Notes: a model not told the origin generated them from the letters alone. A DNA stretch of 64,000 nucleotides from an uncultured Gemmatimonadaceae bacterium (GCA_963761305.1 CAVXGK010000001.1:1120001-1184000); one strand, 5' to 3'; numbered from the stretch's first letter, positions 10,134 through 20,845 are shown. Program-made: numbers and translations.

Positions 10134-10232
10134 CGGATGGCCTTGGGCATGTCGGGAAGATCAGGAGCGTGTCAAGCGCGGACCGCGACCGCCAGGGAAG
10201 CCGCGCCTCCGCCCCGTCAGCCGGGCGCGGTC

Positions 10233-11027
10233 TCAGAGATCCCGGCGTCGATATGCCAGAAACGCGGCCAGCAGAAAGGCCACGACGTACGCCGACCCGG
10301 CAAACGTCAGGGTCGCCACGTCGATCGGCGCCCCGCCGGGGAATACGCGAGCGGCAGAGTAACTCTGCGGCTGCCATAGCGCCTTGAACACCGCCACCGG
10401 CAAGTAGCGCGACACCATCGCCGCAGTCGGGCCGATATGTGCAATGAGCTGCCCGACAATCTGCTCCACCAGGAAGTACAGAAAGAAGACGCCGATCGCG
10501 GGGCCCGAGCTCCGCATGGTGATGGCGAGGAAAAAGGCGAACGCGCCCCATCCGAAAAGTCCAATCAGCGCGCCGCCCATGTATTTCAGGTCCGCGCCTC
10601 GCACGAGCGCTTCGGCCGCGTCGTGGGTACCGCTCAGCGCGATTCCGCCGCCGATGAGCAGTAGTGCGGCGAAGAACGCGATGCCGATGACCGGAAGGAG
10701 GAGAAGTTTGGCGGCGAAGAACTCTTCCTTCGACAATCCGTCGATCACATTCTGGCGAGCCGTTCGCCAGGTGAACTCACTGGCGACGAGAAGCACGACG
10801 GCCATCGACGCGAAGAACGCCGACATCGTGCCCGGTCCGCCGAGGATCTCGCTCCACGCGCCCGGCAGCGCGAAAGGACGGGGGTGGTCGGGCCGCAGGA
10901 GGCCTTGGTAGTGCAGCGTACCAAAGCCGATCACCATGAGCGCCGAGAAGCTGCCGAACGCGACCCAAAACGCCACTCGGCGACGCGCCTTGATGAATTC
11001 GTTGCGCGCGAGGACGAGAGTTCTCAT
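10233..11027 (-). CDS. ABC-2 type transporter permease
   Basis: Six TM segments, SEFTWRT motif, C-terminal RRRDL; ATGA overlap with the ATPase gene. Confidence 0.85.
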   Translation of the reverse strand: MRTLVLARNEFIKARRRVAFWVAFGSFSALMVIGFGTLHYQGLLRPDHPRPFALPGAWSEILGGPGTMSAFFASMAVVLLVASEFTWRTARQNVIDGLSKEEFFAAKLLLLPVIGIAFFAALLLIGGGIALSGTHDAAEALVRGADLKYMGGALIGLFGWGAFAFFLAITMRSSGPAIGVFFLYFLVEQIVGQLIAHIGPTAAMVSRYLPVAVFKALWQPQSYSAARVFPGGAPIDVATLTFAGSAYVVAFLLAAFLAYRRRDL

Positions 11028-11947
11028 GCGACACCGGTCCGTTGGTTCGCCGGCGCGTCGCTGGTCAATCCGATGAATGCCTCTTCGAGCGAGAGTCCGC
11101 GCCGCGCAAGGTGGCTCACGTAGATCTGGTGGTCGGACAGATAGCGGTTGAACGCCGCGGCATCGTCGTCCGCCAGATGCACGACCAGCGCGTCGTCCGC
11201 CACCTCGGCGCTCGTCGTCTTTGGATAGGCGAGTGCGGCGACGCGAAGTCGTTCTCGATCGTCGGCGCGAACCTCCAGCGACGTCGCTCCGGCGAGCAAG
11301 TCGTGGACGCTCGATTGCCGAACGAGGCGGCCTTTGCTCAGGATCGCGACGTGCGTGCAACAGCGCTCGACCTCGTGCAGCAGATGGCTCGACACGAAGA
11401 CCGTCTTGCCGCTCGCCCCGAGCTCGACGATCAGGTCGCGAATCTCGCGGATGCCCTCGGGATCGAGACCGTTGGCCGGTTCGTCGAGGATCACGAGCTC
11501 GGGATCGCCGAGCAGCGTGGCGGCAATCGCGAGGCGCTGTTTCATGCCCAGCGAGTAGCCCTGGAACTTGTGCTTGCCGCGCGGGAGAAGGCCGACGAGA
11601 TCGAGCGTGCTGTCGATGCGAATACGATCGACGCCCTTCAGGTTCGCGACGATGCGGAGGTTGTCACGCCCACTCAAATGCGGATAGAAGTTCGGCGTCT
11701 CGAGCGTGGCGCCGATGCGCTGGCGGGCCTGATGAAGACCGATTCGACCGCTGAGTCCGAGGAGCCGCACGTCTCCCGCGGTCGGCGTGATGATGCCGAG
11801 CAGCATGCCGATGGTCGTCGTCTTGCCGCTGCCGTTGGGGCCAAGGAAGCCGAAGACTTGGCCTCGCTCGACGGAGAACGACATGGCGTCTACGGCGAGC
11901 ACGTCGCGATAGCGCTTGGTGAGGGCGGACGTCTCGATGACGGGCAT
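11024..11947 (-). CDS. ABC transporter ATP-binding protein
   Basis: GPNGSGKTT, YSLGMKQRL, LVILDEP. Confidence 0.95.
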   Translation of the reverse strand: MPVIETSALTKRYRDVLAVDAMSFSVERGQVFGFLGPNGSGKTTTIGMLLGIITPTAGDVRLLGLSGRIGLHQARQRIGATLETPNFYPHLSGRDNLRIVANLKGVDRIRIDSTLDLVGLLPRGKHKFQGYSLGMKQRLAIAATLLGDPELVILDEPANGLDPEGIREIRDLIVELGASGKTVFVSSHLLHEVERCCTHVAILSKGRLVRQSSVHDLLAGATSLEVRADDRERLRVAALAYPKTTSAEVADDALVVHLADDDAAAFNRYLSDHQIYVSHLARRGLSLEEAFIGLTSDAPANQRTGVA

Positions 11948-12140
11948 GTCAGGATGAACGGTGGAGCGGACGCGGGAGTTTCACGTCGGCGACACCGAGC
12001 GCAACGGAGGGTGAAAGGATATCGCGCACCACCCGGCGGCGATTGGTCGAAAGGGCAACGGCGTGTGTAGTCCTTGGACTCTACGATTGCTTGGGCCAAC
12101 GCGGACCAAGATCCCATCGTCCAGGACAAGGAGTACACAG

Positions 12141-13727
12141 ATGGCAGCGAAGCAGCCGAATATACTGATTCTCTGGGGTGACGACATCGGCATCTGGAAC
12201 ATCAGCCACTTCAGCCGTGGCATGATGGGCTATCGCACGCCGAACATCGATCGCATTGCCGAAGAAGGCGTGACTTTCACCGACTACTACGGGCAGCAGA
12301 GCTGTACGGCCGGCCGCGCCTGTTTCATCACCGGACAGAACCCGATTCGTACCGGCCTCACCAAGGTCGGAATGCCCGGCGCGACGGTCGGTCTCCAAGC
12401 CGAAGACGCGACGATCGCCGAGATGCTCAAGCCGCTCGGCTACGCCGCCGGCCAGTTCGGCAAGAACCATCTCGGCGATCGCGACGAATTCCTGCCGACG
12501 GTGCACGGGTTCGACGAGTTCTTCGGCAATCTGTATCACTTGAATGCTGAGGAAGAGCCGGAGCTGCCCGACTATCCGAAGGATCCTGCGTTCAAGAAGG
12601 AGTTCGGCCCTCGCGGCGTTCTCCACTGCTGGGCTGACGGTAAGGGCGGACAGAAGATCGAGGATACGGGTCCGCTGACCAAGAAGCGCATGGAAACGAT
12701 CGACGAGGAGATCACGGCGGGCGCCATCGGCTGGATGGAGAAACAGGTCGCGGCCGACAAGCCGTTCTTCCTCTGGTACAACTCGACGGCCATGCACTTC
12801 CGCACGCACCTCGCCGAGAAAAACCTCGGCAAGAGCGGACAGGATCCATACAGCGACCGCATGGTCGTCCACGATGAGCAGATCGGGGAGATCCTGGCCA
12901 AGCTCGACGAGCTGGGCATTGCCGACAACACCGTCGTCATGTACTCCACCGACAACGGTCCCGAGAACGACACGTGGCCGGATGGAGCCAACACGCCGTT
13001 CCGCGGTCAGAAGGACAGCAACTGGGAAGGCGCGTGGCGTGTGCCCTGCTTCATTCGCTGGCCGAGCAAGATCAAGGCGGGGTCGGTGCTGAACGGCATC
13101 GTCTCTCACATCGACATGTTCCCGACGCTCTTGGCCATCGCCGGCGATGCGGACGTCACCACGAAGCTCCTCAACGGCACCACCGTCGGTGAGAAGACGT
13201 TCAAGGTGCATCTCGACGGCTACAACATGGTGCCGTACCTCACCGGCGAGGTGAAGGAGAGCCCGCGGCAGGCGATCTTCTATTTCAGCGACGATGGCGA
13301 CGTCATGGCGCTGCGCGTGGGGGACTACAAGTTCCACCTCGCCGAGCAGCGCGCGAACACGATGCGGCAATGGCAGGAGCCGTTCGTGAAGCTGCGCTTG
13401 CCGACCATCATGAATCTGCGGCGCGATCCGTTCGAGCGAGCCGACTTCAACTCGAACACGTACTACGACTGGATGGTCGATCACGTGCCGCAGATGTATC
13501 TCATGCAGAAGGTCGTGGCGGATCAGCTCAAGGAGTTCGAGGAGTTCCCGCCGCGACAGAAGCCCGCGTCGTTCAACCTCGACGCGGTGTTGGCCCAGGT
13601 CAGCGCGGTGCCGCGTCCGTCCCAGCCCGACGCACACGGCGCCGGGGACGGTGGTAGCCCGAAGCTCCCACCATCGACCAATCGCCCGGCGAGAGATCGC
13701 ACGCGGAACAAGACGGGCCAGCCGTGA
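12141..13727 (+). CDS. Arylsulfatase
   Basis: PNILILWGDDIG, SCTAGRA (CxxxR FGly motif), GKNHLG, TDNG; AGGAG RBS. Confidence 0.93.
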   Translation: MAAKQPNILILWGDDIGIWNISHFSRGMMGYRTPNIDRIAEEGVTFTDYYGQQSCTAGRACFITGQNPIRTGLTKVGMPGATVGLQAEDATIAEMLKPLGYAAGQFGKNHLGDRDEFLPTVHGFDEFFGNLYHLNAEEEPELPDYPKDPAFKKEFGPRGVLHCWADGKGGQKIEDTGPLTKKRMETIDEEITAGAIGWMEKQVAADKPFFLWYNSTAMHFRTHLAEKNLGKSGQDPYSDRMVVHDEQIGEILAKLDELGIADNTVVMYSTDNGPENDTWPDGANTPFRGQKDSNWEGAWRVPCFIRWPSKIKAGSVLNGIVSHIDMFPTLLAIAGDADVTTKLLNGTTVGEKTFKVHLDGYNMVPYLTGEVKESPRQAIFYFSDDGDVMALRVGDYKFHLAEQRANTMRQWQEPFVKLRLPTIMNLRRDPFERADFNSNTYYDWMVDHVPQMYLMQKVVADQLKEFEEFPPRQKPASFNLDAVLAQVSAVPRPSQPDAHGAGDGGSPKLPPSTNRPARDRTRNKTGQP

Positions 13728-13754
13728 CAACGTAGTCGAGCGCGAATCATCACG

Positions 13755-14993
13755 ATGCTCGCCGACGCGGCGGCGAACGTTCAGGACTTCTACGAGCGGT
13801 ATCCGTATCCGCCGCCAGTGGAGAGCCTCGACCGATACCGATCGCTCTGGGAGGATGGGCGGCTGCGGCGCCAGGACCACCATCTGTTCTGGCCCGCACG
13901 CCCATACCGGGACGACCACTCCATTCTCGTCGCCGGTTGCGGGACGTCGCAAGCCGCGAAGTACGCGATGCGCTGGCCCGCCGCGCGCGTCACCGGCATC
14001 GACTTCAGCGCGACGAGCGTCCGCTGCACGGAAGAGCTCAAGCGGAGGTACAACCTCGAGAATCTCCAGGTCCGCGTGCTGCCGATCGAGCGCACGGCCG
14101 AGTTGGCGACGCGCTTCGACCAGATCGTCTGCACCGGGGTGCTGCACCATCTCGCGGACCCTGCGGCGGGACTCCGTGCGCTCCGCGACGCTCTCGAGCC
14201 GGACGGCGCCCTGCTTCTCATGGTGTACGCGCCGTACGGACGTGCCGGCGTGTACATGCTGCAGGAATTCTGTCGGCGAGTCGGCATCCGTGCCGACGAA
14301 GACGGCATTCGAGACCTGGTCGCCACACTCGGCGCGCTGCCGCCGGAACACCCGCTCCGGCGTCTGCGAGAGGCGCCGGACTTCCACCACGCCGCGGGGA
14401 TCGCCGATGCATTGCTGCACCCGCACGACCACGCCTACTCGGTCCCGCAATTGTTCGAGTTCCTTGAATCGGGCGGATTGGCATTTGACCGGTGGGTACG
14501 CCAGGCGCCGTACTCACCGCGCTGTGGTCTCATGGCTCGCGTCGCCGCGAGCGGTCGGCTCCCGCAACTTGCCCCGGCGGAGCAATACGCGGCTGTCGAG
14601 CTGCTGCGGGGAACGATGGTCCGCCACAGCCTGATCGCTTGCCGAGACGACAGCCCGGATCGCGAAGCATCGCTCACCTTCGACGGTGACGCGTACCTGG
14701 ACTACGTGCCCATCCGCGCGTCGGACACCATCAGCGTGCAGGAGCGGCTGCCGGCCGGCACGGCGGCCGTGCTGATCAACCGCAAGCACGCCTGCACCGA
14801 CATCAGTTTGGCGCTCGACGAGCAGGAGAAGCGATGGTTCGACGCCATCGACGCGCGGCGCACCATCGGTGAGATCGCGCCCGTCGACGGGCATCACACG
14901 ACGAGGCGCGCGTTCGTCGAGCGGCTTTGGTGGTACGATCAGGTCGTGTTCGACGCGTCCCGCAACGCGTCCCTCACCGACTCGCCGGCGTAA
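13755..14993 (+). CDS. Class I SAM-dependent methyltransferase
   Basis: FYERYPYP, ILVAGCGT, GIDFS, GVLHHLADP. Confidence 0.85.
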   Translation: MLADAAANVQDFYERYPYPPPVESLDRYRSLWEDGRLRRQDHHLFWPARPYRDDHSILVAGCGTSQAAKYAMRWPAARVTGIDFSATSVRCTEELKRRYNLENLQVRVLPIERTAELATRFDQIVCTGVLHHLADPAAGLRALRDALEPDGALLLMVYAPYGRAGVYMLQEFCRRVGIRADEDGIRDLVATLGALPPEHPLRRLREAPDFHHAAGIADALLHPHDHAYSVPQLFEFLESGGLAFDRWVRQAPYSPRCGLMARVAASGRLPQLAPAEQYAAVELLRGTMVRHSLIACRDDSPDREASLTFDGDAYLDYVPIRASDTISVQERLPAGTAAVLINRKHACTDISLALDEQEKRWFDAIDARRTIGEIAPVDGHHTTRRAFVERLWWYDQVVFDASRNASLTDSPA

Positions 14994-15150
14994 CGATTCC
15001 GTTCGCCCTGAGATACTCTACCATCTGTCCGTAGTGGTCTGACGAGTGCGCGAACGAATCGACGATCATGCCGAGCCGCGTGCGTTCCCACGTCCCCGTG
15101 AGCCCCGAGAACGGCGCCATCAGGTTCCCATCGTCGACGGTCGCGATGGG
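14974..15150 (-). pseudogene. C-terminal remnant of a DinB-family protein
   Basis: Minus-strand translation IATVDDGNLMAPF...TRLGMIVDSFAHSSDHYGQMVEYLRANGIVTPASR*; no N-terminal half. Confidence 0.7.
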
Positions 15151-15165
15151 ATAGCCTCGCGGAGA

Positions 15166-15385
15166 TCACGGCGTTCCGCGGACGAGGCTCCCGTTCCGCA
15201 TCACCGCCTCGATCCGTCGCGTGTTCCGAATGTCGGCGACCGGGTCCGCCGACAGCAGCACGAGATCGGAGCGTTGCTGGGAGCGATCGTGCCGAGCGAG
15301 TCGAGCAGCCCGAGCGCCTCGGCGCCGGTGTGCGTCGCCAGCTTGAGAACTTGGAGAGGCGGAATTCCCGCGGTCACGAGCAGCG
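15166..15385 (-). pseudogene. Frameshifted C-terminal remnant of an amidohydrolase
   Basis: LVTAGIPPLQVLKLATHTGAEALG...GTIAPS, then a frameshift near 15273, then RSDLVLLSADPVADIRNTRRIEAVMRNG. Confidence 0.75.
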
Positions 15386-15432
15386 AACCTCGGGTGGTGG
15401 TACCAGAGGCTGTCGCGGCATGCGGGCGAATC

Positions 15433-15987
15433 TTACGCCGAAGCGTCGTCCAGCTCGAAGCGATCCAGCCGGCGCAGCTCGCGTCGTGCGGTGCGCCATG
15501 TGTACGCAGCCCAAACACTCCACAGTACGGAACAGACTACGGCGAGCGGCGCGAGTCCGCCGTTCAGCGCGAACGCCACGAACCATTGCGCCACGAGCAG
15601 GCCCAACGCGAGCCAAACCGTCGCAATGCGTTGACGCGCGCGGAGCCGCGCCACGGCGATGTAGTCCGTTGTGGTAGCGCTCGCCGGACGTTCGCGGGCA
15701 CGACGACCGAGCCAGACAAACGCCCAGGTGATGGCGAGAATGACGACGATGTCGCCGGAAATCACACGGTCCGGCCAGTCCGGCCTTAGCTCGACGGCAA
15801 ACCATGCTACGTAGATCGCGGTGACGGCCAGCTCCAGCAGTCGCCACGTGCGAGCGCGTTTCGTCTGCGCATCGACGCGAGCGCGAAGGGCTGCCGCGTC
15901 GAGCGGGGCGGACGGTGCGATGCCGCGCCACGCCATCGCCAATGCGTCCCAGTCGAACCCGCTGTCGCCGTGAGAAAGTCGAGTCAT
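15433..15987 (-). CDS. Membrane protein, putative anti-sigma factor
   Basis: Four TM segments; ATGA overlap with the ECF sigma gene. Confidence 0.65.
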   Translation of the reverse strand: MTRLSHGDSGFDWDALAMAWRGIAPSAPLDAAALRARVDAQTKRARTWRLLELAVTAIYVAWFAVELRPDWPDRVISGDIVVILAITWAFVWLGRRARERPASATTTDYIAVARLRARQRIATVWLALGLLVAQWFVAFALNGGLAPLAVVCSVLWSVWAAYTWRTARRELRRLDRFELDDASA

Positions 15988-16493
15988 AAATAGATGCGTA
16001 AGTGAACGGCCAGTGCCTCACGCGCGCGATTCAGTCGCACGGCTACCGTGCCGGCCGTGGTTCCCAGGACGTCGGCGATTTCCCCGTGCGACAGCCCTTC
16101 CAGACTCAACATCATCGTCTGGCGCAGAGCCGGCGAGAGCTGCTGCAACGCGGTAAGTACTTGCGCCTGCAGCGCAGCGACGGCCGACTGCTGATCCGGA
16201 TCGGGTCGAGGATCGGTGCTGTCCGCCTCCAGGTCGATCGTGACAGCCCTCCGCCGTGTCGCGGCCCGCCGCCCGTGGGTGATAGCGGTGTTGTGCGCGA
16301 TGCGGAACACGAACGTGCGTTCGCTGCAGGCCTCGCGAAAGGACGGCAGCGCGCGCCAGATCCCGAAGGCGATCTCCTGCAACAGGTCGTCGCGTTCGTC
16401 GGGATCGAGCTCATATGCCGCCACGAGCCGCCGCACGGCGCGGCCGTGCTCCGTGATCAGCCGCCCGAATCGCGCCTCGGTTGATTCTGGCAT
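15984..16493 (-). CDS. ECF RNA polymerase sigma factor
   Basis: DDLLQEI, RTFVFRIAHN, EGLSHGEIADVLG...VAVRLNRAR. Confidence 0.92.
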   Translation of the reverse strand: MPESTEARFGRLITEHGRAVRRLVAAYELDPDERDDLLQEIAFGIWRALPSFREACSERTFVFRIAHNTAITHGRRAATRRRAVTIDLEADSTDPRPDPDQQSAVAALQAQVLTALQQLSPALRQTMMLSLEGLSHGEIADVLGTTAGTVAVRLNRAREALAVHLRIYL

Positions 16494-16630
16494 TCATTCC
16501 GGTTGGAGTGCGACGGAGGCTCGGCGAAGGCCACTTCCGAGGTAGTCGCGTCACCACGCCGGATCTTACGGGGCGGGTGAAGACACCGCCCGTCGTTCCA
16601 CCATCGCCGCTCCGGGGCTAGAATCTCCGG

Positions 16631-17554
16631 ATGCCGCGGGCCCCGGTCCAGGAGCTGTTCAGCAAGGCGCTCGACAAGCTGGTCGCACAGATCCAACAGG
16701 ACCGCACCGTTCTCGCCGCGATCCTGTGCGGCAGCCTGTCGCACGACACCGTGTGGGACAAATCCGACATCGACCTCGCGCTCGTCACCGTCGACGACCG
16801 CAAGACCGATGGGCGCGGCATCAGTCTGTACGCCGACGGGCTCAATACGCACGCGTTCGTCATGTCGCGGACCGAGTTTCGAAAGACCGTCGAGGGCTCG
16901 GTCGCCAATTCGTTCATGCACTCACTGCTGGCCAAGGGGCGCCTGCTCTACACGCACGACGAGAGCATTTCGCCGTTGTGGGAGCGGCTGCAGCTGATGG
17001 GCAAAAGGGATCGGCAGATCCAACTGCTACGAGCTGGCGCCGGGGTGCTGCCGCTCTTGTACAAAGCACGCAAGTGGTTCGTCACCCGACAGGATCTCGA
17101 CTACTCCGCTCTCTGGATCCTCCATTCGGCCACCGCGCTGGCGAGGGTCGAGGTGATCGGAGCCGGCCTGCTCGCCGACCGCGAGGTGCTTCCACAAGCG
17201 ATGAAGCTCAATCCGTCGTTCTTCACGACGGTCTATCACGACCTCCTCAATCAGCGAAAGACCCCGCAGTCCGTCTCGGCGGCGCTCGACGCGATTGATG
17301 GATATCTCGCGGAGCGCACGGAAGCTCTCTTTGGGCTCGTCCTCGAACACCTGCGCCAGGTCGGCGAAGCACGGTCGGCGACGGAGATCGACGATCACTT
17401 CGCGCGCAACTTCGGCCTGGGCGACGTGACCGGCGTCTGTGAGTACCTGGCGGATCGCGGGCTGCTCACGAAGGCGTCGGTGCCCGTCAAGCTCACGCAG
17501 CGCAGCAACGTCGAGGTGCAGGAGATGGCGTTTTTTCACGCGGTGAACGGCTAG
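16631..17554 (+). CDS. Pol-beta-type nucleotidyltransferase-fold protein with helical domain and C-terminal wHTH (YgxA-like architecture)
   Basis: ILCGSLSH...SDIDL motif; GRLLY; C-terminal SATEIDDHF...[10 protein letters not shown]. Confidence 0.65.
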   Translation: MPRAPVQELFSKALDKLVAQIQQDRTVLAAILCGSLSHDTVWDKSDIDLALVTVDDRKTDGRGISLYADGLNTHAFVMSRTEFRKTVEGSVANSFMHSLLAKGRLLYTHDESISPLWERLQLMGKRDRQIQLLRAGAGVLPLLYKARKWFVTRQDLDYSALWILHSATALARVEVIGAGLLADREVLPQAMKLNPSFFTTVYHDLLNQRKTPQSVSAALDAIDGYLAERTEALFGLVLEHLRQVGEARSATEIDDHFARNFGLGDVTGVCEYLADRGLLTKASVPVKLTQRSNVEVQEMAFFHAVNG

Positions 17555-20469
17555 TGCCGCGAAAGACGGCGAAACGCCTGGCCGAGCCCAAGCCTGCCGC
17601 GCGGACGACGATCGCCGTGCAGGGCGCGCGCGTCCACAACCTCAAGGACATCTCGCTCGAGATTCCGCGCGACAAGCTCGTCGTCGTCACCGGACTCTCG
17701 GGATCCGGAAAGTCGAGCCTCGCCTTCGACACGATCTACGGCGAAGGGCAGCGCCGCTACATGGAGTCGCTGTCGAGCTACGCCAAGCGGTTCGTGGCAC
17801 AGGTGCCGAAGCCGGACGTCGATTTCGTCTTCGGGCTGTCGCCGGTGATCTCGATCGAGCAGAAGACGATCGCGAGCAACCCGCGCAGCACCGTCGGTAC
17901 GATGACGGACATCGCGAGCTATTTGAATTTGCTCTACGCGACGATCGCGGAAGCGCACTGCCCGCGCTGCGGCGAAGTCGCGCCGACCAAGACCTCGACG
18001 CAGATCGTCGAGGCGATTCTCGGCCTGCCCGACGGCGCCGAGGTCGAGCTCCGCGCGCCCGTGTTCAAGGTCTACGGCGAGGAGCTCGACTTCGTGTTCA
18101 CCGAGCTGCGCAAACAGGGCGTGCGCCGCCTCGTCGTCGACGGCAGACACGTGGACCTGTCGGAGAACCTCGAGCTGGACAGTTCGAAAGTGAAGGAGCT
18201 GGACGCGATCGTCGACCGATTCGTCGTGCGACGGCGCAACGAGAAGGTGATCAAAGCCGGCGTGCTCTCCACGCTCATCGTCGGCGACGGGTTGATGCGC
18301 ATCGAGATCGTGAAGGGCGCGTCGAAAGCGGAGGCGGAGCGATTTCACAAGGCGACGACGAGCGCGAAGCATCACGTGCTGTTCGGCGACGTCGGTCCGG
18401 CGTACTTCGTCTTCAACCTTCCCGAGAGCGCGTGCCGCACGTGCGGCGGACTCGGCGTGCACAAGCTCACGCATCCCGAGCTGCTCATCCCCGATCCGAC
18501 GCGGAGCATCGTCGGCGGCTGTTTCGTGCGCGACGCGTTCCGCTACAACGCGGACAATTGGGACGGTCGGCTCATCTACAGTTTGTCGCGCGCGATGGGC
18601 TTCTCGATCGAGACGCCGTGGGAGGAGCTGCCCGAAGCGGCGCGCGACGCGATGCTCAATGGTCGGGAGGAGAAGTTCCCTCTCCTGTTCCCTCCCGGTG
18701 CGAAGGACAAGCGTCCCGAGTGGGTGGGCAAGGACGTCGGCTTCCAGGGCATCGCCCGACGCATCGAGCGGCACTATCGCCGGTATCGCCAGCGCGGCGA
18801 GGCCAGCTCCGGAATGGAAGCGTGGCTCGACCGCGTGATGGTAGAGCACGTGTGCCCGGACTGTCACGGTTCTCGGCTCCGCACGTCGCGGATGTCGTTC
18901 ACCGTCGGCGGCAAGACGTTGTTCGAGGTGGGCCAGCTTCACTTTGATGAGTTGCGAGATTTCCTGCGATCTCTGAAGCCCACCGGCCGCGGCGCCGACG
19001 CCGGGCGCCAGGTGATCCGCGAGATCGTCAACCGGCTCGAGCTGTTGCTCGGCATCGGCCTCGACTATCTCAACTTCAATCGACGGTCGTCGACGCTCTC
19101 CGGCGGGGAATCGCAACGCATCCGACTTTCCACCCAGATCGGCTCCGGCCTGATGGGCATGCTCTACGTGCTCGACGAGCCGAGCATCGGACTGCACCCC
19201 AAGGACAACGTGAAGATGATCGCGACGCTCGAGCGGCTGCGCGACATCGGCAACACGGTGATCGTCGTCGAGCACGACGAGGACACGATTCGCGCGGCGG
19301 ATCATCTCGTCGAGATGGGTCCTGGACCCGGCGTGCACGGCGGCGAAGTCGTCGTGCAAGGCTCGCTCGACGACCTCTTGAAATGCAAGGCGTCGCCGAC
19401 GGGCCAGTTTCTCTCCGGCAAACGCGCGATCGCCACTCCGGAGAAGCGACGCCGCGGAAATGGCATACAACTGGTCGTCCGCGGCGCGAGAGAGAACAAC
19501 CTCAAGTCGATCGACGTCGAGATTCCGCTCGGCGTGCTCGTCGCGATCACCGGCGCCTCGGGGTCGGGCAAGAGCACGCTGATCAATGAAGTACTGTACA
19601 AGGCGCTCTGGAAAAAACTCGTCGACTCGCGCACGCTCCCCGGCGCGCACGACGCGATCGAGGGAACGGAGCGCGTTCACAAGGTCGTGAACATCGACCA
19701 GACACCCATCGGACGAAACAGCCGCTCGAACCCGGCGACGTACGTCGGCTTCTACGACGCGATCCGCGACCTCTTCACGCGCGCGCCGCTGTCGGTCGAG
19801 CGCGGGTACAAGGCCGGGCGATTCAGCTTCAACGTCAAGGGCGGACGGTGCGAAGAGTGCCAGGGCGAAGGCACGATCACGACGCAGATGTATTTCATGC
19901 CCGACGTCGAGGTGACGTGCGGCGCGTGCAAAGGCGCGCGCTTCAATGCGGAGACATTGGAAGTGACGCTGCGCGGCAGGACGATCGACGACATCCTGAA
20001 CATGTCCGTGGAGGAAGGCGTCGAGTTCTTCGCGACCGAGCCGGCGATCGGAAAGAAGATCGAGGTTCTACGCGATCTTGGGCTCGGCTACCTCACGCTC
20101 GGCCAGTCGGCGACGACGCTTTCAGGCGGCGAAGCGCAGCGCATCAAGATCGCGACGGAACTGAGCCGACTGCAGCGAGCGAAGCACACCGTCTACATCC
20201 TCGACGAGCCGACGACCGGACTGCATCTGGCGGATGTGGTCAAGTTGTTGGAGTCGCTTGGCCGGTTGGTGAACGCGGGTCACACCGTGATCGTCATCGA
20301 GCATCATCTCGACGTGATCAAGACGGCGGACTACGTGGTCGACCTGGGTCCACTCGGCGGACACGCCGGCGGAGAGATCGTCGTGACGGGGACACCTGAG
20401 GACGTGGTTCGATGCCGCGAGTCGTGGACCGGACGGTTCTTGAGGAGGAGAATGGAGCAACCCCGCTGA
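17554..20469 (+). CDS. uvrA: Excinuclease ABC subunit A paralog
   Basis: Two ABC ATPase cassettes ([18 protein letters not shown]), LSGGE signatures, [13 protein letters not shown], Zn-finger CxxC pairs. Confidence 0.93.
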   Translation: MPRKTAKRLAEPKPAARTTIAVQGARVHNLKDISLEIPRDKLVVVTGLSGSGKSSLAFDTIYGEGQRRYMESLSSYAKRFVAQVPKPDVDFVFGLSPVISIEQKTIASNPRSTVGTMTDIASYLNLLYATIAEAHCPRCGEVAPTKTSTQIVEAILGLPDGAEVELRAPVFKVYGEELDFVFTELRKQGVRRLVVDGRHVDLSENLELDSSKVKELDAIVDRFVVRRRNEKVIKAGVLSTLIVGDGLMRIEIVKGASKAEAERFHKATTSAKHHVLFGDVGPAYFVFNLPESACRTCGGLGVHKLTHPELLIPDPTRSIVGGCFVRDAFRYNADNWDGRLIYSLSRAMGFSIETPWEELPEAARDAMLNGREEKFPLLFPPGAKDKRPEWVGKDVGFQGIARRIERHYRRYRQRGEASSGMEAWLDRVMVEHVCPDCHGSRLRTSRMSFTVGGKTLFEVGQLHFDELRDFLRSLKPTGRGADAGRQVIREIVNRLELLLGIGLDYLNFNRRSSTLSGGESQRIRLSTQIGSGLMGMLYVLDEPSIGLHPKDNVKMIATLERLRDIGNTVIVVEHDEDTIRAADHLVEMGPGPGVHGGEVVVQGSLDDLLKCKASPTGQFLSGKRAIATPEKRRRGNGIQLVVRGARENNLKSIDVEIPLGVLVAITGASGSGKSTLINEVLYKALWKKLVDSRTLPGAHDAIEGTERVHKVVNIDQTPIGRNSRSNPATYVGFYDAIRDLFTRAPLSVERGYKAGRFSFNVKGGRCEECQGEGTITTQMYFMPDVEVTCGACKGARFNAETLEVTLRGRTIDDILNMSVEEGVEFFATEPAIGKKIEVLRDLGLGYLTLGQSATTLSGGEAQRIKIATELSRLQRAKHTVYILDEPTTGLHLADVVKLLESLGRLVNAGHTVIVIEHHLDVIKTADYVVDLGPLGGHAGGEIVVTGTPEDVVRCRESWTGRFLRRRMEQPR

Positions 20470-20532
20470 CGGCTGACTGCTCAGGCCGCGGCAAACGCAT
20501 CGGTCGGCTGACTGCTCGGCGATCTCGGTCGA

Positions 20533-20549
20533 CTGGCATGTTCGCTGCT
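20533..20549 (+). promoter_or_regulatory. Putative sigma-54 (-24/-12) promoter
   Basis: CTGGCATGTTCGCTGCT matches GG-N10-GC, about 30 bp before the ATG at 20578. Confidence 0.55.
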
Positions 20550-20577
20550 GCGACTTGGAACCCAACCGGGAGGGATC

Positions 20578-20781
20578 ATGGCGGGGTCGGAGCGCAGGAA
20601 GGAGCAGGCGAAGCCAAGGCCGAAGGGCACCGAGACAGGTCCAGATCGCGACCGCGAGCAGCGAGAGCCAAGCGAGCAGCGAGAGCCAAGCGAGCCGCTC
20701 GATGAGTTTGTGACGGACGCCGAAATCGAGGCGCGAGAGTTTGAACAGCGGAAAAGGAAGGGCCGCTCCAAATCGGGGTGA
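20578..20781 (+). CDS. Small highly charged hypothetical protein (67 aa)
   Basis: GGAGGG RBS; sigma-54-like promoter; 18-bp tandem repeat at 20654-20689 encoding EQREPS twice. Confidence 0.55.
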   Translation: MAGSERRKEQAKPRPKGTETGPDRDREQREPSEQREPSEPLDEFVTDAEIEAREFEQRKRKGRSKSG

Positions 20782-20845
20782 CAGTCTTGCCCCCGACCCT
20801 TCCTTCCTCGATCATTCGGGCATCCTCCCGGGAGAGCCTGCTCGA

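Noticed and set aside
15036..15066. CTGACGAG...CGAAT resembling a hammerhead ribozyme core
   Set aside because: It lacks GAAA and a proper stem II, and the opposite strand is explained by the DinB remnant.
17551..19680. Long antisense ORF opposite uvrA (likewise 12081-14450, 48327-50537, 52326-54284, 24516-26357)
   Set aside because: These are shadow ORFs caused by high-GC codon bias; they have no motifs and the sense-strand genes are clear.
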